DNA of 64,000 nt from a virus. The translations under genes and the position numbers were made by a program. This document shows positions 25,401 through 33,714 of the stretch, piece by piece. Position 1 is the stretch's first letter. Each line of letters opens with the position of its first letter. The notes beneath the pieces are model-generated. The model was given only the letters and a program-made list of their open reading frames with translations, made no database searches and had not been told where the DNA came from. The stretch is from IMG/VR virus record IMGVR_UViG_3300044614_002195, positions 1 to 64,000 of that record; one strand, 5' to 3'.

Positions 25401-26715
25401 AGGTTTTGGAATTTTCTTTTTTAATTGTATTTGACTTCTTCCTCTTTTGCAACAACGGATGTTTGTAAAGAGAGGTATCGTTTCTCTCTGGAATGTAGGA
25501 GGAGTTGAACCTTCTAACTCCTTTGAGTCCGTTAGCCTCTTCAGCTTTAAACAGCCAGACCAGGTTGTGATAGCATTCTACAGTCTTCTGATTGAGCTCT
25601 CTGATGTTGTGCTCGTTGATTTCTCTCAGATAGTTCTCTGCAAGGCTATATGCCCTGAACAGATAGCCTACGCTGTGTTCTATGTCCTTGAACTTGCCAG
25701 CCCTTCTAGGAACCAGCGTATCGTCCTTTTCATATCTTTCCAGGCTCATCTCTCTGTCAGAGTATACTGAGTTGAACTCTTTCTCGATAGCTTCTACCTC
25801 TAGAGATTCTTGAACATGATTGCTTTTTTCTATAAAGACTATGCTGTGGGTATGAGGACGGTATTCTGACTTCAGGATAGAATCTACACTGATTTCGTTG
25901 CTGTATAGATAGCTGAGAATCTTTTTCTTTTTATTTACCAGCTTGCCTAGATAGCCTGTGTTCTCTCTGAAGAAAGAGTGAATCCTTCTTTTGCTCTCGA
26001 TAGGATCATCTTTACTAATTTTTCTATAAGACTCGTCACTTCTGATTACCAACTGATAGGCAACCAATCCAGCTTTGAAGAGTTTTTCAACATCATAGCT
26101 TCTGTTGAACTTGTATAGACTGTGCATACAGGACTTGGCATCAATAGTACGATTTCCACAAGAGCTAGTGTTAAAGTCCCCTTTTATATAGTTACCATCC
26201 TTATCATAGTAGCCAGGAGCTCTTAGATTGCTTCTTACAGAGTCGTTAGGGGTATTTAGGATGTTGTTCATGTCACATCCAAGATTTAGCAGTAGATGAG
26301 CTTCAAGATTTTTAGTTTTTAAACCATACCTGTTACTGTTGCTTTTAAAGTCACTCATAACAAGCATACGAAAGGTCACCTGTTCATCTTTAGTGAGTTT
26401 AGACCAGTTAGAGATATAGTCGTCAGGAGATAGCCAGTTAATGTCATAGCGCCCCGAGATCAACCCAGATGATGTTATAGAGCTACGAGAACTGCTAAAG
26501 AGAGAGTGAGACTCTTTAAAAGCTTCTATGTGCTTCTCCCTAGGCTTAGCCACCTCCTGCTTAAACTCAAACCTGTTATCGTAAGTATCACAAGAGTACT
26601 TTGCTTGATCTCTATCTTCCCCGTGGTCGACTTGAGACTCAGCTAAAAATTCTGATAGTGAGAGTTTGCCTGCTAGCATTGATTCGATGATGTGTACGTT
26701 TAGATCGCTAGTCAA
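24889..26715 (-). CDS. HUH-endonuclease (rolling-circle Rep-like) protein
   Basis: CGNR...SC, motif I-like YQLVIRSD, motif II EISVDSILKSEYRPHTHSIVF (HuH), motif III-like SVGYLFR; TTG start; the last 170 codons overlap the next gene. Confidence 0.6.
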   Translation of the reverse strand: MTSDLNVHIIESMLAGKLSLSEFLAESQVDHGEDRDQAKYSCDTYDNRFEFKQEVAKPREKHIEAFKESHSLFSSSRSSITSSGLISGRYDINWLSPDDYISNWSKLTKDEQVTFRMLVMSDFKSNSNRYGLKTKNLEAHLLLNLGCDMNNILNTPNDSVRSNLRAPGYYDKDGNYIKGDFNTSSCGNRTIDAKSCMHSLYKFNRSYDVEKLFKAGLVAYQLVIRSDESYRKISKDDPIESKRRIHSFFRENTGYLGKLVNKKKKILSYLYSNEISVDSILKSEYRPHTHSIVFIEKSNHVQESLEVEAIEKEFNSVYSDREMSLERYEKDDTLVPRRAGKFKDIEHSVGYLFRAYSLAENYLREINEHNIRELNQKTVECYHNLVWLFKAEEANGLKGVRRFNSSYIPERNDTSLYKHPLLQKRKKSNTIKKENSKTYVSTRKPSKNKSSDAQESGHNKSRESSRVQKSRKRARLQRELLSGSVQRAREEVRSSVSSRAGNDAAQGSASTADLKPSAKSFKSPDFSSAEESVQSAGRADGSSISKQNGEQSCLSAGTDAGFERTDRKSKPKHAGSCGSTQACGQNSIHSSRPSRSAPAEQICSSSSI

Positions 26716-26811
26716 TGGTGTTTCTTAGCGTTATTACGAGAGTCATTGAGAGAGGAAGGAAGAGACACTATATAAGTATATACCTGTGTTTGGACCCTGC
26801 GGAGGCTTTGG

Positions 26812-26840
26812 TTGCTTTTTAAGAGTAAACATTATATAAT
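26812..26840 (+). promoter_or_regulatory. Sigma70-type promoter at the strand switch
   Basis: TTGCTT-N17-TATAAT. Confidence 0.75.
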
Positions 26841-26856
26841 TTCTACTACCCGACCT

Positions 26857-27159
26857 ATGCGCGACATCGAAAAAATAAAAGCCATCACTATACGCGGTAA
26901 AAGATACAACTTTGTTGTAAAGAAGCTTAAGGCCGCCAGAGGGCTGACCGAGCATCCGGACACCAAGAATAAGACAGTCTACATAGACTCCAGGGAAAGG
27001 GGCAAGGAATTACTTGCTACTTTGATCGACGAATTCTTTCATTGCGCTATATGGGAGGTACAAAACGATATAGTGGATCAGATATCCGACGACATGGCAG
27101 ATGCTCTCTGGAGGTGTGGGTTGAGGTTTAAAGACGAAGAAGATTCTAAGGAAGGTTGA
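26857..27159 (+). CDS. Small zincin-like protein with DExxH in place of HExxH
   Basis: LLATLIDEFFHCAIW...DMADALWRCG; start reassigned to ATG 26857. Confidence 0.55.
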   Translation: MRDIEKIKAITIRGKRYNFVVKKLKAARGLTEHPDTKNKTVYIDSRERGKELLATLIDEFFHCAIWEVQNDIVDQISDDMADALWRCGLRFKDEEDSKEG

Positions 27160-27184
27160 TATTTGTTTTGATGTAGCGTAACAT
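27156..27184 (+). promoter_or_regulatory. Sigma70-type promoter for the RNAP betaC-beta'N gene
   Basis: TTGATA-N17-TAACAT, 6 nt before ATG 27191. Confidence 0.7.
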
Positions 27185-27190
27185 CTAGCT

Positions 27191-30184
27191 ATGACCGGTA
27201 AAAATTTTAAGTATGTTTTAGAAAGTGGAAAACTTAAAAAAGTTTCCTCTAGCGTAAAGGCCAAGTATAGGATTGCGGACCCTTCCGAGTTTTTTAGTCC
27301 TGTTACAAATCTTATTCCAGGACTTAGCTCTGTTTCCGGTGCTCGTGTACTTATCGGAGATAAGTCGTCTGTTCAGGCGATGACGCTTGTTAATAGAGAG
27401 GCCCCACTAGTTCAGTCATCACCTAAAGGAAACGTAGCGAGTTTCAACAAGCAGTTTAGTAGCTTTGTGAGTGTGTCGTCCAGAGTGGCAGGTAAAGTTA
27501 CTAAAATAGATGAAGAACATATCACGATTAAAGATATCGTCGGCAAAGAGCATCAGCACGATATTTACCATAACTATATAGTAGGTAGGGATAGTCACAT
27601 CCATCACACACCTGCGGTAAAAGTTGGAGACAAAGTCGAGGTAGGTCAACTTCTCGCCACTTCAAACCATTCTGATAATAAGGGCACACTCGCGATAGGT
27701 ATGAATTTAAAAACCGCGATCATGCCGTTTAGATCTCTGAACTTTGAAGACGCCTTGGTTATATCAGAGACTGCTGCAAAAAAGTTAGAAGGCGAACAAT
27801 TGATGCCTATCAGGATGGAAATAGCCAGAGGCATATCTACAGACAAGGACAGATATATTTCTCTTTTTCCTAATAAGTTTTATAATGATCAATTGGCGAA
27901 TATAGACTCAAACGGGGTGGTAAAAAGAGGCGTGGTATTAAAACATGGCGACCCTGTGATATTAGCTTTTCAGCCAAAAACTTTAAAATCTTTAGATATA
28001 CAATTAGGTAAATTGGCGAAGGTAATTAGAAATGCTTTTTCAGATATATCTAATACCTGGAGTTATGAATATGACGGAGAGGTGACTGACGTGGCAGTTA
28101 CAAGCAAGCTCATAACGGTTACAGTGAAAACAAAAAGACCCATGAGTCATGCAGACAAACTTAATATGCCCTTCGGGGCAAAAGGAGTTGTGTCCATTGC
28201 TCCGGACACGCAAATGCCTCAGGGTGAAGACGGAAAGCCTGTAGATGTACTACTTAATACCATGAGTATTACCTCACGCGTGGCTCCTGGTCTTGTGAGC
28301 GCCATGAGCTTAGGTAAACTTGCAGAGAAAAAGGGTAAAGCCATTAACATGACAGGCTTTACTGAAGGCTCGGCAGTTCAAAAAGTGTCAGATGTTTTGA
28401 AGAAAAATAATATAAAAGATACCGAAAAACTATATGATCCTATATCAGGAAAACATATTGAAGTACTTACCGGTCCTTTATATTTTAATAGACTACATCA
28501 TATTGCCGAGGATAAGATTTCCACAAGGTCTGCAGCTACCTCTTATGATATTAATATGCAGCCCTCAAAAGCAGGGTCTGAAGAAAAAGCAAAAAGAATA
28601 GGTAATTTAGCTACAACAGTAGCATTATCTAACGATGCTAAAGCTGTGCTGAAGGATATCGCTACAGTTAGAGCGACAAAGAACGACGACTTCTGGACTG
28701 CGATCAAACTAGGACATACACCTCCACCTCCTAAAGTACCTTTTATTTTCGATAAATTTCTAGGACACCTACGAGGAGCTGGAGTCAATGTACAACAAGA
28801 AGGTTCAAAGTTCCATATTCTTCCTCAGACAGACAAAGACATTGAAGCTATGTCTAAAGGGGAAATTAAAGAGCCTTTAACTTATAAGCTTAAAAAAGAC
28901 GAGCTAGTACATGAGGACGACGGGCTATTTGATCCTACCCTGGTAGGTATACACGGGGATCAATATAATCACATAGTTTTGCAGCATAGCATTCCTAATC
29001 CTATGGCCGAGGAGCATATAAGGAAGCTTCTGAAATTAACTAAAGTTAATTATGATAAAGCTATAGTCTCAGGAAAGCTTGAGAAAGATCTAAAAGCTAT
29101 TGATATCGAGAATAAGATAGTTGAGTTGAAGAAAATTATCTCCTCAGATAAAAAATCAGGAAGAGATGATGCTGTAAAAGCTTTAAGCTTTTTAACTATG
29201 CTTAAACAGAACAATCTTAAGTTATCAGATATGATGCTTACTAAAGTGCCTGTTATTCCTGCGCAATATAGACCGGTAATGGTGCAAGGAGATCAGACAT
29301 TAACAGCAGATGTTAATGAACTTTATAAAGATCTTATGCTGGTAAATAGATCTCTGGGAGAAGCCAAAGATATGCCTGAAGTTGCAGCTGAGCATATAGA
29401 AACAGCTAAGCAACAAGTTTATGACGGAGTTAAGGCTGTCTATGGTTTGGGTGATCCGATTAGACAAAAGAGTATAGAAAAAAGCTATAAAGGACTATTA
29501 GCTTCTGCCTTAGGTTTACAGGGAGGGTCAGCCAAAGAATCAATGTTCCAGGCAAAGGTGGTAAACAAACCAATTGATCTTGTTGGAAGAGCTGTATTGT
29601 TGCCAGACTCAAAACTTGATCTTAACCAGGCAAGCATTCCTCAGCAGGTAGCCTGGGATATATACTCTCCTTTCATCATTAGAAGAATGGTGCGTCAAGG
29701 AATTCCGGCAACTAAAGCCAGAGAGTATCTTGAGAACAAACATCCTCTTGCATCCGCAGCTCTACAAGAAGAGATGCTGGACAGACCAGGGATAGTTACA
29801 CGCGACCCTCAGGTATCTAAATATAACTTCCAAGGGATGTATCTAAAGATCAATCCTGACCCTAAAGATTTTTCAATTAAACTAAATCCTCTAGTGTTTA
29901 AAGGCTATGGAGGAGATTGTGACGGCGATCAGCTTAACGTACAACTCCCCGCTTCAGATGACGCAAAAGAAGAAATTAAAGAAAAGCTGCTGCCTGAAAA
30001 AAACCTAATATATCATAGGTCGTTTTCACCTATATACACACCAGCAAACGAGTCCGCTACAGGACTATTTGCTGCCAGTTACGAAGATAATAAAAATAAA
30101 CCTACAAAATATAACTCCGCCCAGGAAGTTGTTCGAGATTTTTTAGCGGGAAAACTTGATCTAGGTGATAGGGTTGAGTTATAA
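27191..30184 (+). CDS. rpoBC: RNA polymerase fusion of beta C-terminal part and beta' N-terminal/catalytic part
   Basis: Beta motifs LNFEDALVISE, ADKLNMPFGAKG, DVLLNTMSITSR, LHHIAEDKISTR and VPFIFDKFLGHLRGAGVNV are followed in frame by beta' motifs GLFDP, VPVIPAQYRP, KPIDLVGRAV and NPLVFKGYGGDCDGDQ. Confidence 0.95.
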   Translation: MTGKNFKYVLESGKLKKVSSSVKAKYRIADPSEFFSPVTNLIPGLSSVSGARVLIGDKSSVQAMTLVNREAPLVQSSPKGNVASFNKQFSSFVSVSSRVAGKVTKIDEEHITIKDIVGKEHQHDIYHNYIVGRDSHIHHTPAVKVGDKVEVGQLLATSNHSDNKGTLAIGMNLKTAIMPFRSLNFEDALVISETAAKKLEGEQLMPIRMEIARGISTDKDRYISLFPNKFYNDQLANIDSNGVVKRGVVLKHGDPVILAFQPKTLKSLDIQLGKLAKVIRNAFSDISNTWSYEYDGEVTDVAVTSKLITVTVKTKRPMSHADKLNMPFGAKGVVSIAPDTQMPQGEDGKPVDVLLNTMSITSRVAPGLVSAMSLGKLAEKKGKAINMTGFTEGSAVQKVSDVLKKNNIKDTEKLYDPISGKHIEVLTGPLYFNRLHHIAEDKISTRSAATSYDINMQPSKAGSEEKAKRIGNLATTVALSNDAKAVLKDIATVRATKNDDFWTAIKLGHTPPPPKVPFIFDKFLGHLRGAGVNVQQEGSKFHILPQTDKDIEAMSKGEIKEPLTYKLKKDELVHEDDGLFDPTLVGIHGDQYNHIVLQHSIPNPMAEEHIRKLLKLTKVNYDKAIVSGKLEKDLKAIDIENKIVELKKIISSDKKSGRDDAVKALSFLTMLKQNNLKLSDMMLTKVPVIPAQYRPVMVQGDQTLTADVNELYKDLMLVNRSLGEAKDMPEVAAEHIETAKQQVYDGVKAVYGLGDPIRQKSIEKSYKGLLASALGLQGGSAKESMFQAKVVNKPIDLVGRAVLLPDSKLDLNQASIPQQVAWDIYSPFIIRRMVRQGIPATKAREYLENKHPLASAALQEEMLDRPGIVTRDPQVSKYNFQGMYLKINPDPKDFSIKLNPLVFKGYGGDCDGDQLNVQLPASDDAKEEIKEKLLPEKNLIYHRSFSPIYTPANESATGLFAASYEDNKNKPTKYNSAQEVVRDFLAGKLDLGDRVEL

Positions 30185-30243
30185 GTTTATTTACCGACAA
30201 CACAGGTAAAACAATAGTCTTTATTTTTATATTATTCCAGGTT

Positions 30244-30444
30244 ATGCTAGATGAAAATATATGGTTGCAATTAAGCGACGATGAAAAGTTTGCTGAATTG
30301 GAAGCATATCTAGACGAAGTTATAACTATTGATAGCGGAAAGCATGCCTTAAGTAATTCCAGAGAACAGGGCAAGTTAACTGCTATAAAAAAAGAGCTAC
30401 AAGAGAAAATTTTTAAAATAATAGAACTAGAGAACGCAATATGA
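30244..30444 (+). CDS. Small acidic coiled-coil protein
   Basis: 66-aa ATG ORF with a 4-nt overlap to the next gene. Confidence 0.6.
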   Translation: MLDENIWLQLSDDEKFAELEAYLDEVITIDSGKHALSNSREQGKLTAIKKELQEKIFKIIELENAI

Positions 30445-31367
30445 AAATCGCTGAATTAATGCAGTCGTATGACGCAATAGCTAAAAATCGTAACTACCCA
30501 GTCAAAACTGCTTTTGTGGCTAATCCTAATGTTCCTCCTCCTCAGCCAGGACAGCCTGTACAGCAGGCATTACCAGCTGGACAGCAAGACCCTAACCAGC
30601 AAGCAATGCAGCAACAGCAGGCAGCCCCACAACAACCTGTTCCACAGCAGGCTCCTGCACCGCAAGCGGCACCTCAAGATCCTAGCCAACAGACAATGCA
30701 GCAGTCTCCACCTGCCCAGCAGACCCAGGGAGACTCAAACGGTAACGGCACATTAATGGACGAAGTCATGAGTGCCGCCCAACAACTTCCACCTGAAGCC
30801 CAACAGCAGGTCGCACCCATACTTCAGCAGCTACAGCAAATGCCCGCAGATCAGAGAGAACAGCAGTTAATGCAAATTTTATCAGAGATTTCAGGGCAGC
30901 AGCAGCCTCAAGAACAAGCGCAGCCTCAACCCCAACCTCAACCCCAACCTCAACAAGATCAAGGCATGGTGGCTCAAGCGGCAGATGATATGATGATGCA
31001 GGCACCGCAGCAGGATCCCACGATGGAAGCCCAGCCCATGGACCCTCAGCAGCAGGCATCAGACGACGCAGCTCAGGCCGAAAATTCAGCAATAGAAGCC
31101 AAGAACGAGTTAGATAACGTAAGAGTATCTCTATCGGTAAGAGAACTTTTAGACCTGGTAGGCAAAGGTTCCGCCACAGCGTCATTATTAAAAGTTAAAC
31201 AACTAGCCGACACCCATCAGCAAAAGATGGAACAGACTAGACAAAAGGCCGAAAGCGATCAGCAAAAAGCTCAAGCAGACCAAGAGCAGCAGCAACAGCA
31301 GCAGCAACAAGGATTGATGGGTGACGGAGGTATATATTCAGCCCCTATGGGTGGTGCACCTCAATAA
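30441..31367 (+). CDS. Gln/Pro-rich low-complexity protein
   Basis: MKIA and VKTA leader; QP repeats at about 30920-30955; polyQ at about 31284-31310. Confidence 0.75.
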   Translation: MKIAELMQSYDAIAKNRNYPVKTAFVANPNVPPPQPGQPVQQALPAGQQDPNQQAMQQQQAAPQQPVPQQAPAPQAAPQDPSQQTMQQSPPAQQTQGDSNGNGTLMDEVMSAAQQLPPEAQQQVAPILQQLQQMPADQREQQLMQILSEISGQQQPQEQAQPQPQPQPQPQQDQGMVAQAADDMMMQAPQQDPTMEAQPMDPQQQASDDAAQAENSAIEAKNELDNVRVSLSVRELLDLVGKGSATASLLKVKQLADTHQQKMEQTRQKAESDQQKAQADQEQQQQQQQQGLMGDGGIYSAPMGGAPQ

Positions 31368-31377
31368 TTTTAAACAT

Positions 31378-31788
31378 ATGCCAGACTTTACAAAACTTGC
31401 AGCCTACCTGGACTCTTTTTCAAAAGAAAGTCCAGACTATGATACAGCTCAATATATAAAGTCAAAGATAGCTGCAGACCTTAAGGACACTAATACCGTA
31501 AACAACGGAGAAGATGCAGAGCTGGACGACAATGATGTAACCATGAGTACACCTGAGCAGCAAACTCAGGAAAACCAAGAAGGTGAAGAAATGCACGGAG
31601 CCTTCAAAGAGCTAGATGTCATGAATCAGCTTAAAGAAGAAAAAGAAGAAGTTAAGCTGCCCGGACAAAAAGACGAAAATGGAAATACCAAATTAGACGT
31701 ATCTACCGAAGAAACTTTCGGAGACAATGTTTTGAATCGTAAAAGCGCTTCACTCTTTGAAGTAATAAAACAAAAGCTTAAAAAATAA
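31378..31788 (+). CDS. Acidic putative internal head protein
   Basis: Start reassigned to MPDFTKLAAYL; TKLA and RKSA motifs; TAATG-coupled to beta'-C. Confidence 0.6.
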   Translation: MPDFTKLAAYLDSFSKESPDYDTAQYIKSKIAADLKDTNTVNNGEDAELDDNDVTMSTPEQQTQENQEGEEMHGAFKELDVMNQLKEEKEEVKLPGQKDENGNTKLDVSTEETFGDNVLNRKSASLFEVIKQKLKK

Positions 31789-33641
31789 TGGCTACAACTA
31801 CAGTAGGGAGAGTTCTTTTAAAGTTTTTTACTCCCCCTCAATTCCATAGTTTGATAGACGGCCTTGTCTTGGATAAAAAGGGTATATCTAAGCTTTTTGC
31901 TGAAATAGCAGAAAAGGCGCCTGACGAATACAGCAAGATTGCTTCAGAATTAACTCGTCTAGGATTTGAGATAGCCACGAGGCAAGGCACATCCATAACT
32001 TTAAAAGACCTAATTTCTCCAATAGATAAAGAAAAGGTATGGAAAGACTTTGAGAGTTATAAAGAAAAAATAGAAGCTTCGTCGGATACTCAGCAGGTCA
32101 AAGACCATAAAATATTTGATAAGTATAATCAAATGATGTCTGACATTGAAAAAGACATTCTTGATAAAGGACTAACTGAGAACAAATCTTTGGCTAAAAT
32201 TATTCTAGCAGGGTCTAGAGGTTCACCTGCACAGTATAGAGGAACTATAGCCACTCAAGGTTTTGTGGTGGATGCAGAAGGCAAGCCTAAGATGGATATT
32301 CCAATTAAAAGCTCTTATGCTGAAGGTTTATCCCTGCCTGAATATCTGGCTACTTCTTTTGGTACACGTACTGGAGAAGTCTTGAAAAAGATATCCGTTG
32401 CTCAAGGCGGCTACGGGTCAAAGCAATTCGCCAGGGCACTTATGCCTTTACAGGTCGTAGAAAACGATTGCGAGACGCTAAACGGGATTACCGTATCTGT
32501 AAGCGACAAGGAATCAGCAGGAGCATATTTAGCAAAGGCTGTTGAAAACTATAACAGGAACAATGAAGTAACTTTTAAAATGCTTAATGATCTTAATAAT
32601 AAGAACATTAAGTCTATAGTCATAAGATCCCCGATGACCTGCCAATCTAACAAGAAGCATCATTCAGGCGGATTGTGCCAGATGTGTGTAGGTAAAAGAG
32701 AAAAAGGTCTTGCAGCTTTAGATAGCTATATAGGCCTGGTGGCAGGTACGGCTGTAGCTGAACCTTTGACCGAAAGCGCCATGAAAGCAAGACATGGTGG
32801 AGGTGCTGCGACATCACTAGCGGGGAGTCATTTAGGTTTTAAACTAATTAATCAGTTAGCTAACATTCCTAAGACATTTGTAGGTAAAGCCCCTCTAGCT
32901 CAAGAAGATGGATTTGTAACTGCGTTAGAACCTGCGGCAGCTGGAGGATTTTTTATCTCGGTAAATAATCACGAGCATTATATAGGCATTGATCAGCAGC
33001 CTACAGTTAAACTTGGTGATCGCGTAGAACAAGGACAGGTACTCAGTTCAGGTCTGGTAGATCCCAGAGAAGCTGTTAAATATAGAGGTATAGGAGACGG
33101 TAGAAAGTATTATATGGAGGCCATGAAGAAAGCCTTCGACGATAGTGGTCTAGGAGTTAATAGAAGAAATTTTGAGCTTATAGCCAAAGCAGCCATAGAT
33201 CATGTAAAGATCACAGACCCTGAAGGTATCGGAGATTATCTTCCAGATCAGGTTGTATCATATTCAGCTATAGAGAAAGACTATACACCTAGAGCAGACT
33301 CTAAAATGCTTAGAGTAGATTTGGCTTATGGTAAGTATTTAGAGAAGCCTGAAATGCATTACACTATAGGTACAAGAATAACTACAGGTGTTATTAAAGA
33401 TTTAAAAGATCATGAGATCGAGGCAATCCTTGTTAACGATAATGAACCTAATTTTGAGCCTACAATGGTGAGGCTTGTAGATATTCCAGAACATCATGAC
33501 GATTGGATGCATGTACTTAACAGTACAAATCTAGCGAAAAGGTTCGTCAATATGGTTAACAGAGGGTCAACATCCGACACAAAGGGCCCAAGTCCAATTC
33601 CAGGTTTGGCCTACGGTGTAGGCTTCGGTCAAAAAGATTAA
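31788..33641 (+). CDS. rpoC: RNA polymerase beta' subunit, C-terminal fragment
   Basis: TTVGR, AGSRGSPAQY, bridge helix GLSLPEYLATSFGTRTG...GGY, Zn site DCET...RSPMTC...CQMCVG, trigger loop AEPLTESAMKARHGGG, and NRRNFELI. Confidence 0.95.
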   Translation: MATTTVGRVLLKFFTPPQFHSLIDGLVLDKKGISKLFAEIAEKAPDEYSKIASELTRLGFEIATRQGTSITLKDLISPIDKEKVWKDFESYKEKIEASSDTQQVKDHKIFDKYNQMMSDIEKDILDKGLTENKSLAKIILAGSRGSPAQYRGTIATQGFVVDAEGKPKMDIPIKSSYAEGLSLPEYLATSFGTRTGEVLKKISVAQGGYGSKQFARALMPLQVVENDCETLNGITVSVSDKESAGAYLAKAVENYNRNNEVTFKMLNDLNNKNIKSIVIRSPMTCQSNKKHHSGGLCQMCVGKREKGLAALDSYIGLVAGTAVAEPLTESAMKARHGGGAATSLAGSHLGFKLINQLANIPKTFVGKAPLAQEDGFVTALEPAAAGGFFISVNNHEHYIGIDQQPTVKLGDRVEQGQVLSSGLVDPREAVKYRGIGDGRKYYMEAMKKAFDDSGLGVNRRNFELIAKAAIDHVKITDPEGIGDYLPDQVVSYSAIEKDYTPRADSKMLRVDLAYGKYLEKPEMHYTIGTRITTGVIKDLKDHEIEAILVNDNEPNFEPTMVRLVDIPEHHDDWMHVLNSTNLAKRFVNMVNRGSTSDTKGPSPIPGLAYGVGFGQKD

Positions 33642-33664
33642 CTTACGCTAATGTGAGAAGGTTC

Positions 33665-33693
33665 TTGATATACAAGAAGAAAATTCATAAAAT
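33665..33693 (+). promoter_or_regulatory. Sigma70-type promoter
   Basis: TTGATA-N17-TAAAAT upstream of ATG 33715. Confidence 0.7.
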
Positions 33694-33714
33694 AAGTTAA
33701 ATATCGATATTATT

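Noticed and set aside
26755-26792. Rolling-circle nick site (dso) upstream of the HUH gene
   Set aside because: TATATAAGTATATAC has weak dyad symmetry but matches neither the pC194-type CTTGATA nor a TAATATTAC-type nonamer.
27191-33641. Bacterial chromosomal rpoBC locus or prophage-host junction
   Set aside because: No flanking ribosomal protein or housekeeping genes, strong divergence, and interleaving with virion genes. No integrase or att site was seen.
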